From positions 1,126 through 65,125 of the IMG/VR virus record IMGVR_UViG_3300043438_001421: 64,000 nt of DNA; one strand, given 5' to 3'. The position numbers and the translations under genes are program-made. How positions within the stretch are numbered: the first letter of the stretch is position 1; each line of letters begins with the position of its first letter. Source of the DNA: a virus (taxonomy: Duplodnaviria > Caudoviricetes). The notes beneath the pieces were generated by a model. That model saw only the letters and a list, made by a program, of their open reading frames with translations, ran no database searches and was not told where the DNA came from. This document shows, piece after piece, positions 36,669-46,900 of this stretch.

Positions 36669-36965
36669 ATGGCTAAGATTAATAATATTCGTCCGGGAGT
36701 TGAAGTTTCTTTCTCAGATAAGACGAGAACGATTTACCCGGTTTCCCTTCGTCAGCTTCGAAAGCTGAATGCAGTTATGAAGGAAATGGAAAATTCTGAA
36801 GATGATGACAAGTCAGTAGATCTCATGGTTGAGGCTGCTCAGGTTATCCTTTCTGCTATTGAGCCCGAAATCGCTGATGATCCTGAACTTGTGGAAGATC
36901 TTCTTGATATCAAGTCATTCAATCAGCTTATTTCTGCTGCAATGGGGACTGACCCAAACGCATAG
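36669..36965 (+). CDS. tail assembly chaperone (gpG-like)
   Basis: Position between tail tube and tape measure; ends ...GTDPNA* with an in-frame slippery heptamer. Confidence 0.85.
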   Translation: MAKINNIRPGVEVSFSDKTRTIYPVSLRQLRKLNAVMKEMENSEDDDKSVDLMVEAAQVILSAIEPEIADDPELVEDLLDIKSFNQLISAAMGTDPNA

Positions 36966-37369
36966 GCGGGGGAGGTGACGGAGAAGATGTCACCTTTGAT
37001 GATATACCCCTAACTTTGCTTGAGCAGGAAGTTTTCTGCGAATGTGGTTCTTGGAAGAACTTCCTTGATTTAGAAGAGTCTTTGTCTCTTGACGAGCTTA
37101 TCGTTCTTTACGAAGCTACCGTTGAGAGGCAGTCTCGCGCATTGAAGTCGATGGCGGCTGCTGCGGGGGCCGAGATATCTGATGATCAGTCAGCGATCCA
37201 GTATATCTACTCTGATTCAGATTCGGAGAAGTCTGAGGAGCGGAGTTATAGACCTGCTGCGTTAATTGATCCGAAGGTTGGTGGAGAGGTAACTCCGGCT
37301 TTTGGTGAAAGTGAAGTATATAAGTTGCCTATAAATCTTGGTTATTCTATAATTGAGGGTGAGCAATAA
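36953..37369 (+). CDS. tail assembly chaperone -1 frameshift extension (gpT-like)
   Basis: C CCA AAC (36953-36959) fits X XXY YYZ; the -1 frame is open from there to 37369. Confidence 0.8.
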   Translation, partial: PKRIGGGGDGEDVTFDDIPLTLLEQEVFCECGSWKNFLDLEESLSLDELIVLYEATVERQSRALKSMAAAAGAEISDDQSAIQYIYSDSDSEKSEERSYRPAALIDPKVGGEVTPAFGESEVYKLPINLGYSIIEGEQ

Positions 37370-37396
37370 TCCGAAAGGATTAAGTGAGTGTGAGAT

Positions 37397-40300
37397 ATGG
37401 CCGTAGGTGCTACCGGACAAGATGAGACAATTAAGATTGGCGTCCAGACAAGCATTGTTGGCGTTAAAGAAAGCATTGATAAGCTCAAGGATCTTAGTAG
37501 ACAACTTACAGCTATTGATAAGCAGCTTAGATCTGGCTTAGATTCATCATCTCTAACCAAGCAGTTTGGTGATATTGCCAAACAATTTGAGAAGGTAACG
37601 AAAACCGTTACAACTGGTAGCGCTGAATCTCAGAAGTCTATAGAAAAAATAACTGCTCAGGTTAATAAGCTTAATGCTGAAATGGCTAAGGTTCAGAAGT
37701 CTAAGGGTATTGGTTTTGTAGGAAATCAACAAGATCTTAAGGCAATGAAAGCCTATAAAGATAGACTTGACACAGTTGGGCACGCCGTTATGGCTCAGCC
37801 GAAAAATTTCGGTATGGCTATTCAAAATATCCGCAGATTTAGACAAGATATGCATGATACCTCTAAGGTGGGTATTGCAACTGCCGCAAGTTTGAGGGCA
37901 ATTGATGGTGGACCTCCTGCTTTTATGCAGGCGTTAAATAATTCTCAAAAGCTTAAACTTAGCCTTGGCGTTGTTAGGGAAAACCTTACGGCTGTGGCCC
38001 TTCAGTTCCGGAGTCAAGCTAAGGATATGCAGTGGGTTGGCCGTCAGATGGCCGAAGGTATTACCCTGCCCATTGTTGGCTTGGGTACGATGGCTGTTAG
38101 ATCTTTTATGGCGGTTCAGTCTGAGATGATTCAGTTGCAGAAGGTTACTGAGTTCGGATTCGGCAAATCGAAAGAAGACGCTGATGCCTTTTATGATTCT
38201 CTAGTAAATGGCGCCGATGGCATTAGAGAGATGTCTAGAGAGTTTGGTGTTAGCAGGAAGGCCTCTACTGGTCTTTTCAAAGATGTCGCTGCTCTTGGTA
38301 TTGATAGTGAACAGGGTATTAAGAGTTTCTCTAGAGCTGTAAGTGAAATTGGTATGGTTGGAGAAGTTGATACAGATACAGCTATGCAGTTTTTCAGGAC
38401 TATGAATGCTATTTTCGTTGATGGCGAAGTTGATACTGGGGGGCTTGAAAAGACTAGAGATCTTATGGCTCAGATGAGTGCTGTGGCTGATGAGACTTCC
38501 TTGCAGCTTAAAGATCTTGCTGCAGCATTCCCGGAAGTTGCTCCTGTCATGGAGAAGATGGGGTTCAGCGCCGGTGGCGTTGCCGCTGCTTTGGCTGGTA
38601 TGTATAAGCGTGGTATTCCTGCTACTGAAGCTGCTCACGGTTTGAAGTTCGCTTTACAAAGACTTGTTTCGCCTACCAAAGACTCTGCAGAACTTATCAA
38701 GAAGATGGGCTTTTCATTCTTTGATGCTGGGGGGAATGTTAAAAAAGCGGATATCGAGGTTATGGCTTTAGCTAAAAATCTAAGTGAAATGAGCGCCGAA
38801 CAAGCAAGCAAAGCCCTTGGTGAACTTTTCGGATTGCGTCAAACAGCGAGAATGCAATCATTTTTTCAAGATGTAAATATCGGCAGACAAGAGCTCGAAA
38901 AGCTTGAAAGAACAGGCCGGGGGGCTTCTGAGATGACCTCCGATTATGCCAGAGGTCTTGTTGCGTCAGGTGAATTTGCTGGTGCAGCATTGAAGCCGAT
39001 GGATAGATATAATAGAGCTCTTGAGGAAATTAAGAAAGATCCTACTACTGGTATTAAAAGGCTTAAGGCTAGTTTTGATGATTTCAAGGTAGGGCTTGGA
39101 GCAGCTATAGCTCCCGCACTCATCAGAGTGGGGGAGATTGTTATGAAGATTTTAGATCTCTTTAATAAGTTACCTAATTCTATCCAGCTTTCGATTGTCG
39201 GTGCAGCAGTGTTTCTTGCAGCGTTGGCTCCTATAATGATAATCCTTGCACAAATGCAACACGCATTTGTTACTTTAGGCAGTGTGGCATTGCGAGCTTT
39301 GCCTAAGTTGGCTCCAAACTTTACCGCTGGTAGGGCTATAGGATCGATAGGGGCGGGTCAGAGTACTGCTGTTCAGACTGGTAATAAATTTACTGCAGTA
39401 CACGGGCTCAAAGATAGATTTAGATATGCCCTTGGTATGCCCACTTCGGCTGAGAAGGCTGTTTCGGCTGCTGGGGGTGCTGCCAAGACCGGCTCTTTGG
39501 GGCCGGAGACTGCTGCTACCGGAGCTCTTACTACTGCAAAAGATAATTTGACAGTCGCTTCAAATAGGCTTGCTGCTGCAGAGGCAAGGGAAGCTGCTGC
39601 TCATCAAGGGACTACGACGGCGGTAGCCACTCAGGCTACTGCTACGGAAGCAGCGTCGAAGAAGGCGGTAGCCTCTCAAGTTGCCGCTACACAAGCAGCG
39701 TCGAAAAAAAATGCAGCTGCTGCCATGACTCCACTTCAACAAATGCAACAAGCTAGAAGAAAAATTGATGAGAATAACAAGAAAATTCTTCAAAGCGGAG
39801 GGTTCAAGCCTACTGGAGCTAAGTTTGGCGGGGCGTATACGAAGAATGGAAAGTTTGCAGCTGCAGCAGAAGCAGACGCGTATCTTAAAGAGCATCTTGC
39901 TAGGCAAAAAGCTGCAGAAAAAGTTAGAGCTAATGCTCAAAGAAATCAAGATAATTTGCGTAAGTATAACGCAGTTAGAGCAGAAAAAAGTACAGCTAGC
40001 GCTGTGGCTGCACAGAGGGCAAAGGATGCAGCGGCTGCTAACAAGGCTTCTGCTGCGCAAGCGGCGGTTGCCAGCAGAGCTGCTTCTGCGCAAAATATTC
40101 AGAATGTAAGAAAAGTTTTGGGTCCTACAGCGGCATCAAGTGCTCCTACCGCTGTTGCTGGCGCTAGCGCTGGTCAGGTTGCTATGGTTAATGCAATAAG
40201 GGCGAGGGAAGCGGCTAGGCTTGCACAGATTGCGCAAGCTGCGCAACCTCCTGTTCCTCCTATTCCGCCTGCGGTTAAGACTCCGCTTATTGCTGCGGGC

Positions 40301-43300
40301 GCTGCGGATAAGACGAGCGCCATCTTCAAGTCTTTGTGGTTATCTGCTAGTACTACATTCTTTTCTCCTATTGGCAATGCTGCTGGTAAAACAACAGAAA
40401 AGCTTAAAAAGATGGCTAAGGCAGCAAAACTTTCGTCAGCCGGTCAGGCTGTTTCTGGAGGATTTGCTGCTACTGCTGGAGCGTTTACGAAGGGGCGCAA
40501 AGGCGGTCTTGGAGGCGATGCTGCCAATCTGGCTGTCATGGCGAGTTACGGTAAATTCGGCAAGATTTTCGGTAATCTTGGAGTCATGTTTGGGAAGTTT
40601 ACTGGCGCTGTTAAAATTGGTGGTGGGCCTATTGGTAAAATTCTGACTTTGCTTCTTAGATTTAATAAGATCACAGTTATCTTAACTATTGTCGCAGGAG
40701 CAATTGCTTTTGTTGTCATGATGTTTAAGGGCATGAAGACAAACTGGGAAGCTGTTATGGCTAAGATCCAGCCTGGAATTGATGCTATAAAGGCTGCTTT
40801 TGGAAGATTGAAAGAAACTTTTGCTGGCGTTTTTGAAAAGATGATGGGCATTTTTGGCCAGCTTGGCTCTGGGGCGGAAGAGGGCGCAGGGGCAGCAAGC
40901 GCTTTTGAGGGTATTGGTGGAATTATCGGTACAGTCTTTGAGGGTATTGCTTCGGCTATAGATTTTGTCGGCACTGTTATTGGGTTTATTTGGCCGTTCT
41001 TTGAAAGAACGGCGTATATAGTAAAGAATACTGTCGGTTTTATTGCAGCCCTTTTCAAGGGAGAGTGGTCACAGGCGTTTATGTTTGCTCTGGCTACAGT
41101 TTATGAGTGGGCTAGACCTGTTTTGATAGCTTTTGATATTGTGGTAAAGGGTATAGCTCAGGCGCTTTCTACTATTCTAGGCTTAATGTCTAAAATTCCT
41201 TTTGTTGGCAATAGTATCAAGGGCGCTGCAGAAGCGGTGGAGGCTTTTTCTGATACCGGCATTGTCGGGATGTTGGATGATAAACTTAGAACCGGACTTG
41301 GCGGTGTATTTGGTCCGGGAACTACAGGCCCAGCGAAGAAAGAGGCGAAGAAGGCTGGTGGCGAAGTAGGCGAGACTCTTGGTGAAGCAATTAACTCTGG
41401 AGCTGGTGACGCTGCTGATGGTGAAAGTTGGGTCAAAAAGTGGACTGATAAGGTCGTTTCTGTTCTTGAAAAAGAGCTTGATAAAATCAGAAAGAGCGCT
41501 ACTGATGCACTAGAGAAAACTCATGAGGCAGCATTAAAAGTTTATGATGACAGAATTAAGGCTATTGAAGACCAAGAAAAAGCCGAAGAGAAGCTCTATA
41601 AGACCGAGGAATATCTTTCCAAGAAGCGTGATCTTCTTGCTAAGAGAAATATTGACAATCAAAATTATCAAAAAGAAAAAGCCCTTGCTATTTATGAAGG
41701 AAGATATAATGACGCGAGAATGCTTGATATTCAGGAGCGAGTTAATAAAGAAGCATACGCCAAAGACCTCACTGATATTGAAGATTCAAGAGCTAAAGAT
41801 TTACTTAAGGAAACCAGAGATAACTTAAAAGATCTAATCAATTTAGAGAAAGATGCTGCTAAAGAGAGATTTGATATTCAGAAGAAAATCTTGGAAGCTT
41901 ATCTTGATCAAATATTGGAGATGACTCCGCTTACTGTCGGTGAGATGCAGTCTGCTATGGATCGCATTAATCAAGTTTTAAGTAATGTTGGCGCTGCTTG
42001 GCCGGAGTATGCGCAAGGCGCTATGGATGTGTTTGCTGAAGTGTTCAGGAAGTCGAATTCTGAGATAGTTAATGAGTTCAGGAAGTCTGGCGAAGATGCT
42101 GTTCTTGATTGGGTTGCCGGTTTTGTTAGCACTGATGCCCTTGCTGCTATTAAAGCAGAGCTTAGCAAGAGCGGTGGCGGTGGTGGTGGCGGTGGCGGTG
42201 GCGGTGATGGCACTGGTGGCGGTGATGGCGCTACTCCTGATGGAGCTCCGGCTCCGCCCAGTGAGCTTGAGACTAGTCAGTCTAAATATTCTAAAGCAAA
42301 TGCACAAGCTGCTAACGAAGAGGAGCTCGCTATAATCAATGTGCTCAAAGCTCAAATAGCCTTGGGGGACGCTAGAAATAAAGATAATCCTTTATATGAG
42401 AAGGCGATGAAGCAGAGAATTGTAGATCTTGGGCGTGAAACTGGAGCGTTTATGACTGCAAAGGAGGCTGAGCAAGCGTTGAGAAGCAACAACTATATGC
42501 TTGAGGACCAATATAATACTGGTATCACAAAAATGTGGAAGGAGAACCTCGATAAAAGACATCAGGAATACGAAAAATATAATTTTGATTTAGCAAGTTC
42601 TGCTTACTCATTCCAGAATAAGCAATTTGGCGCAATCAAAAAAACTACTGAAGAGGTTAAATATTATAAGACTCAAGAAGGCGAGCATTGGTTTGAGATA
42701 AACGGTAAAATTGTTAATTCGTTTGGGCAAACTGCTAAGTTCCTTGTAGATAAGAATGGAAATACTACCAAAACTTTGATTGATCAAAATGGTAGATTAA
42801 TGACTACAACTGAAGAAAGTTTTAAATCAGCTCAAGAAGTTCTTGACGCTATGACAGAAAGAAACATTAAACCCGGAACAGCTGCTGCTCAATTATATGT
42901 AAATAAAATCAATGAACTTGGATATGCTGTCGTAACTCTTCCCGGTGGGAAAACTATTGTGATTGATGTTGACACGGCGAAAGCGTTGAATAAATTTAAG
43001 GCTCTTGAGAAATTTTTGAAGGCAAATGGCGGCGGTATGTTGGGTCTGGAAGAAATTATGCAACTCGGTAGAGGCGAAGATGTCTTAGGGCTGAATACGC
43101 AAACTAGAGTGACTCAGTTTGGAACATTTTATTGGTCTGGTAACGAGTGGGTCCACGCTGGCTATGCTTCTGGTGGCTTGGTTAAAGCGCAGAAAGATGG
43201 CATTATTGCCAATATTGGCGAAGGTGGCTTCGATGAATACGTTATCACCACAGACCCGAAATATCGTGCGTCAAACTTGGGCTACTTGTCTGCTGCTGCT

Positions 43301-43576
43301 TCTAGGCTTGGGGTGAAGATGGCATCAGGAGCTGCGATTAAAGCAGCTTCTGGTGGGATGTTTACTAGTCGTGGAGCGTCAGGGTCTAGCGCAGAATATG
43401 CTTCAGGTATGGGCGGGGACGTTTATATCAATGTTGACACCTTTATTGGTGAAGAAGAATGGTTTGCTTCTATGGCTAGCAAATATAATATGAAAACTGT
43501 TCCCCGCCAAAGAAAGATTGAAGGACAGCAGAAAAGAGTGGTATCATCTTATAATGACAGGTACAGGTTACGATGA
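37397..43576 (+). CDS. tape measure protein
   Basis: 2059 aa, Ala/Gly-rich helical; TP901-type core (MQWVGRQMAEGITLPI), C-terminal GGLV...IGEGG.DEYVI. Confidence 0.93.
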   Translation: MAVGATGQDETIKIGVQTSIVGVKESIDKLKDLSRQLTAIDKQLRSGLDSSSLTKQFGDIAKQFEKVTKTVTTGSAESQKSIEKITAQVNKLNAEMAKVQKSKGIGFVGNQQDLKAMKAYKDRLDTVGHAVMAQPKNFGMAIQNIRRFRQDMHDTSKVGIATAASLRAIDGGPPAFMQALNNSQKLKLSLGVVRENLTAVALQFRSQAKDMQWVGRQMAEGITLPIVGLGTMAVRSFMAVQSEMIQLQKVTEFGFGKSKEDADAFYDSLVNGADGIREMSREFGVSRKASTGLFKDVAALGIDSEQGIKSFSRAVSEIGMVGEVDTDTAMQFFRTMNAIFVDGEVDTGGLEKTRDLMAQMSAVADETSLQLKDLAAAFPEVAPVMEKMGFSAGGVAAALAGMYKRGIPATEAAHGLKFALQRLVSPTKDSAELIKKMGFSFFDAGGNVKKADIEVMALAKNLSEMSAEQASKALGELFGLRQTARMQSFFQDVNIGRQELEKLERTGRGASEMTSDYARGLVASGEFAGAALKPMDRYNRALEEIKKDPTTGIKRLKASFDDFKVGLGAAIAPALIRVGEIVMKILDLFNKLPNSIQLSIVGAAVFLAALAPIMIILAQMQHAFVTLGSVALRALPKLAPNFTAGRAIGSIGAGQSTAVQTGNKFTAVHGLKDRFRYALGMPTSAEKAVSAAGGAAKTGSLGPETAATGALTTAKDNLTVASNRLAAAEAREAAAHQGTTTAVATQATATEAASKKAVASQVAATQAASKKNAAAAMTPLQQMQQARRKIDENNKKILQSGGFKPTGAKFGGAYTKNGKFAAAAEADAYLKEHLARQKAAEKVRANAQRNQDNLRKYNAVRAEKSTASAVAAQRAKDAAAANKASAAQAAVASRAASAQNIQNVRKVLGPTAASSAPTAVAGASAGQVAMVNAIRAREAARLAQIAQAAQPPVPPIPPAVKTPLIAAGAADKTSAIFKSLWLSASTTFFSPIGNAAGKTTEKLKKMAKAAKLSSAGQAVSGGFAATAGAFTKGRKGGLGGDAANLAVMASYGKFGKIFGNLGVMFGKFTGAVKIGGGPIGKILTLLLRFNKITVILTIVAGAIAFVVMMFKGMKTNWEAVMAKIQPGIDAIKAAFGRLKETFAGVFEKMMGIFGQLGSGAEEGAGAASAFEGIGGIIGTVFEGIASAIDFVGTVIGFIWPFFERTAYIVKNTVGFIAALFKGEWSQAFMFALATVYEWARPVLIAFDIVVKGIAQALSTILGLMSKIPFVGNSIKGAAEAVEAFSDTGIVGMLDDKLRTGLGGVFGPGTTGPAKKEAKKAGGEVGETLGEAINSGAGDAADGESWVKKWTDKVVSVLEKELDKIRKSATDALEKTHEAALKVYDDRIKAIEDQEKAEEKLYKTEEYLSKKRDLLAKRNIDNQNYQKEKALAIYEGRYNDARMLDIQERVNKEAYAKDLTDIEDSRAKDLLKETRDNLKDLINLEKDAAKERFDIQKKILEAYLDQILEMTPLTVGEMQSAMDRINQVLSNVGAAWPEYAQGAMDVFAEVFRKSNSEIVNEFRKSGEDAVLDWVAGFVSTDALAAIKAELSKSGGGGGGGGGGGDGTGGGDGATPDGAPAPPSELETSQSKYSKANAQAANEEELAIINVLKAQIALGDARNKDNPLYEKAMKQRIVDLGRETGAFMTAKEAEQALRSNNYMLEDQYNTGITKMWKENLDKRHQEYEKYNFDLASSAYSFQNKQFGAIKKTTEEVKYYKTQEGEHWFEINGKIVNSFGQTAKFLVDKNGNTTKTLIDQNGRLMTTTEESFKSAQEVLDAMTERNIKPGTAAAQLYVNKINELGYAVVTLPGGKTIVIDVDTAKALNKFKALEKFLKANGGGMLGLEEIMQLGRGEDVLGLNTQTRVTQFGTFYWSGNEWVHAGYASGGLVKAQKDGIIANIGEGGFDEYVITTDPKYRASNLGYLSAAASRLGVKMASGAAIKAASGGMFTSRGASGSSAEYASGMGGDVYINVDTFIGEEEWFASMASKYNMKTVPRQRKIEGQQKRVVSSYNDRYRLR

Positions 43577-43989
43577 CTTCAGGTAATACACTATTTTTCC
43601 CCGCAGCAATTTGGATCGATAATGTTCCCCTCACAGATCAGGGACGGGCTCCGATTCAGCGTTCTCGCGATGAAAGATTCACTACTACAGAACTTGCCAA
43701 TGGGACTCGTAAGCGTTATACCAAAGCTGTGAAGCATACGTTTTCTACTAGTTGGACGTATCTCGCTGATGATGATCTCTGCAATATTGACGGTTATGCC
43801 TCTAGGGCTACTATGCTTGATCTTTTTGGCGACACAGAAGGCTCACACATTTTGAGGTTTTTCTATCAAAATGGGAAGTGGGAGGAGTTTACTGTTTTCG
43901 TCAACTCTTATCAAGAAACGCTGGTGAGGAGAGATCCTCAGTCCGGCAATTTTATTTGGGAGCTTTCTGTGGAGTTTGAAGAGTCATGA
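43573..43989 (+). CDS. distal tail / minor tail protein
   Basis: Directly after the TMP; LANGTRKRY..AVKHTFSTSW. Confidence 0.75.
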   Translation: MTSGNTLFFPAAIWIDNVPLTDQGRAPIQRSRDERFTTTELANGTRKRYTKAVKHTFSTSWTYLADDDLCNIDGYASRATMLDLFGDTEGSHILRFFYQNGKWEEFTVFVNSYQETLVRRDPQSGNFIWELSVEFEES

Positions 43990-46900
43990 TCCCTATTTCA
44001 GAGGATCTTGGAGAAGAGATTCAGAGTGATAGTCAGAATGTAAAGCCGGTTGTGAAGGCGTGGATGTCTGATATTCGTTATCTTGAGAATGTCAAAACTT
44101 ATACAAGCAGTCATACTTATAACAAGCAGATTCTTGATAGAAGTCCGAATGTTTATGTAAGATTTGATAAGACTGATTACAATGTTTCTACTCAAACGAG
44201 AAATTGCCTCCTAGCCAACGATGGCGCTGGAAAGATTATTGTTCAAATGCCATCTCATGGTCTTTCTGCGGGTGCAGCGATTTGCTTTAGCAGTGATGGC
44301 TCTATGCCTAGTGAAATAGGTGTTGGAGATCTGAAAACAAAATATACTTATTATGTGCAAAATCCAGCCGGAGGAGCTAGCGCACATTATTTTTATCTTA
44401 ATACGTCAAGAGCAAATGCCTTGGCAGGAGATCTTGGCAGTCGTGTTTCAGTGGCCGGAACTTCTGGGGCCACTGGCATACCAGTCACCATTAGTATTGC
44501 AAATCCAGCGGTTTTCACAACTTCCGGTGCTCATGGCTACAGTAATGGAGATGCTGTTGTTGTAAAAAGTTTTAGTAGCCCTAGTCCAAGTGGACTTACT
44601 ATGACTGTCGATTCTCCATTGACTGTTTATTATGTGCAAAATGCTACTACTACAACCTTCAACCTCAATACTAGCGCCTCTAATGCTGTATTAAATAGTT
44701 TGGAGGGACGTGTTGCTACAACCGGATCGTCTAGTACTAAGTATGTTTATGCTGTTCACAAGGGAACTAGCCAAACCTACGGCGGACATAGGGTAAAAGA
44801 TCATGGGGCGCTTGGTCTTGATATTGCTTATGGAGCGAGCACCGCTGGAGCTCCTGTTTATACCTCTGATTTTGGTACTACTTTTCAGTCAAGATCAATT
44901 ACTGACAAGGCTATTGAGATTATTGAAGAAAATCGACTGGTCGATATGTTTGAGAGAGATCCTATTGGGACTAAGGTTTGTACGATTGAATTAACTCCGT
45001 CTCCTTTTACAGCAGCAGCAATTTTCACTTGCGCTAATCACGGTCTGTCTGTCGGAGATCCTCTAGTGTTAAATACAACTGGAGTCCTCCCGACTCTGCA
45101 GTATTTTAATAGCGCTGTTTGGGCTACAGTTAATCCAAATGAGATTTTGTATGTAAATACAGTGACTAGTGCAAATACATTTACTTTGAGAAGATATCGA
45201 TACAATTATTACGAAATAGACACTCCACTAAGAGCTCTTGCTCCTCAAAGCGGTGTGCATAGTTTTAGTATTATAAAAGATATTGGCAACTTTAACTCTA
45301 CGGGCTCTGATAGTTATAATCAAGATATGGAGTATTATTCGTGGCGTCCTTCGTATAAGACAAATATATATACGGGTCGTGCCTATTCTGTCCCTGATGC
45401 TGCATACGAGGGGGCTATCTGGTGGGCTGGTGGAGCAGACTTTTTTGAAACAAACCCCGCATATGTAACTACAAATCTGAGATGTCTAGATCACTTTGTA
45501 GATTGGCGTCAGCCCGAACTAGAGGGTAATGGCGCGATTGTGAGATATATAGATGAAAATAATTACATATATTGTCGTGGTTTGCAAAGTACTAGTACAA
45601 ATAGTATTGCAATATATAAGGTTGTGGATGGGATAACTACGCTAGCTGGTGGTGTAAACAGCACTTATTTGAATGATAGTAATTACTATAGATTTCAAGC
45701 AGATTATAATACATTTACTATATATAATATGGGAGAGTTTGAGCCTATAAATACTACTAATCCAGTATCCACTATACTGTCTGTATATATTGATGATCCA
45801 ATATTTCGAACTGAAAATGCAACCAGCGTTGGATTGATATCATTTTCAATGTTTGAGCTTTATGGAATCGCTCCATATGATCCTAAATTGATGGCGTATT
45901 ATTTTGCAGCCTATGGTTATAACTATATTATTGGATCTCATTATTTTAATAGTGCAGAATATTGCTATGCATCAACAGCTTTACCATTAAATAAAACTGC
46001 GCAATTTCAAACATTAAATAATCAATCAAATTTTACATATTCATTTTTATTTGATAAAGTTAGCTTTCCTGCTTCCAACCAAACTATTTTTTGGCTTGGC
46101 AACAACGCTAGAAATACTGCTATCAAAATTACGTCTTTTCTTTTCGGAGATCAAGAGCTTTTAAGAGTTAGGGTCTTCAATACCGCTGGCACCCAATACA
46201 TATTGGACTCTACTCCAGATCCGCTAACTTATGGACAGATGAATCATATCGCCATAATTAAAAATGGTACTAGACTTTCTTTGTTTATTGATGGCGAAGA
46301 AAACGCATATATAACATTACCATCGAATTTTGTTATGAGAGATATAGTAACAGGGAACACTCCTTATCTAGTTTTTGGTGGTGGCTATGATAGCGGTATT
46401 AGTGGAGAATCCGGATACCAGTTATTGACGGGAAAGATTTCTGAGTTTGCTGTATTTGATTATGCTTTTAATCAAGATGATATAGATAGTTTATATTATT
46501 CTATTGAAAATGAAGCTACACTGAATGCGTCTACATCAGATAACTATTACAATGCCGAGTGCATTATTGACGGTATTCAAGAAGAAACATATCTTTATGC
46601 ATTTGCAAATATGCAAAATTATTTGGGAAGAACAATTAAAACTAATAATTATTCTTATGTTGTTAATCCAGTATTTGATGATAACGTCTTTTCTAATATC
46701 GAAGATAATTACGGTTGGATGTCAAGAGTCCAATCTGATTTTTCGGGTATATTTGATTACCAAGAAGATTTTGTAAAAGTGTCGTTTGATTCAATAAGAT
46801 GTAATAAAATTTTTATTTCTACTGGATATATGAATGGCGGAATTTATACTTTTGATTATTTTATAACAAAGAGTGACAATACTATTATTGAAGGAGCAAA

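Noticed and set aside
42172-42225. GGTGGC microsatellite in the tape measure gene
   Set aside because: Encodes an in-frame poly-Gly linker; unit changes would keep the frame, so there is no sign of phase variation
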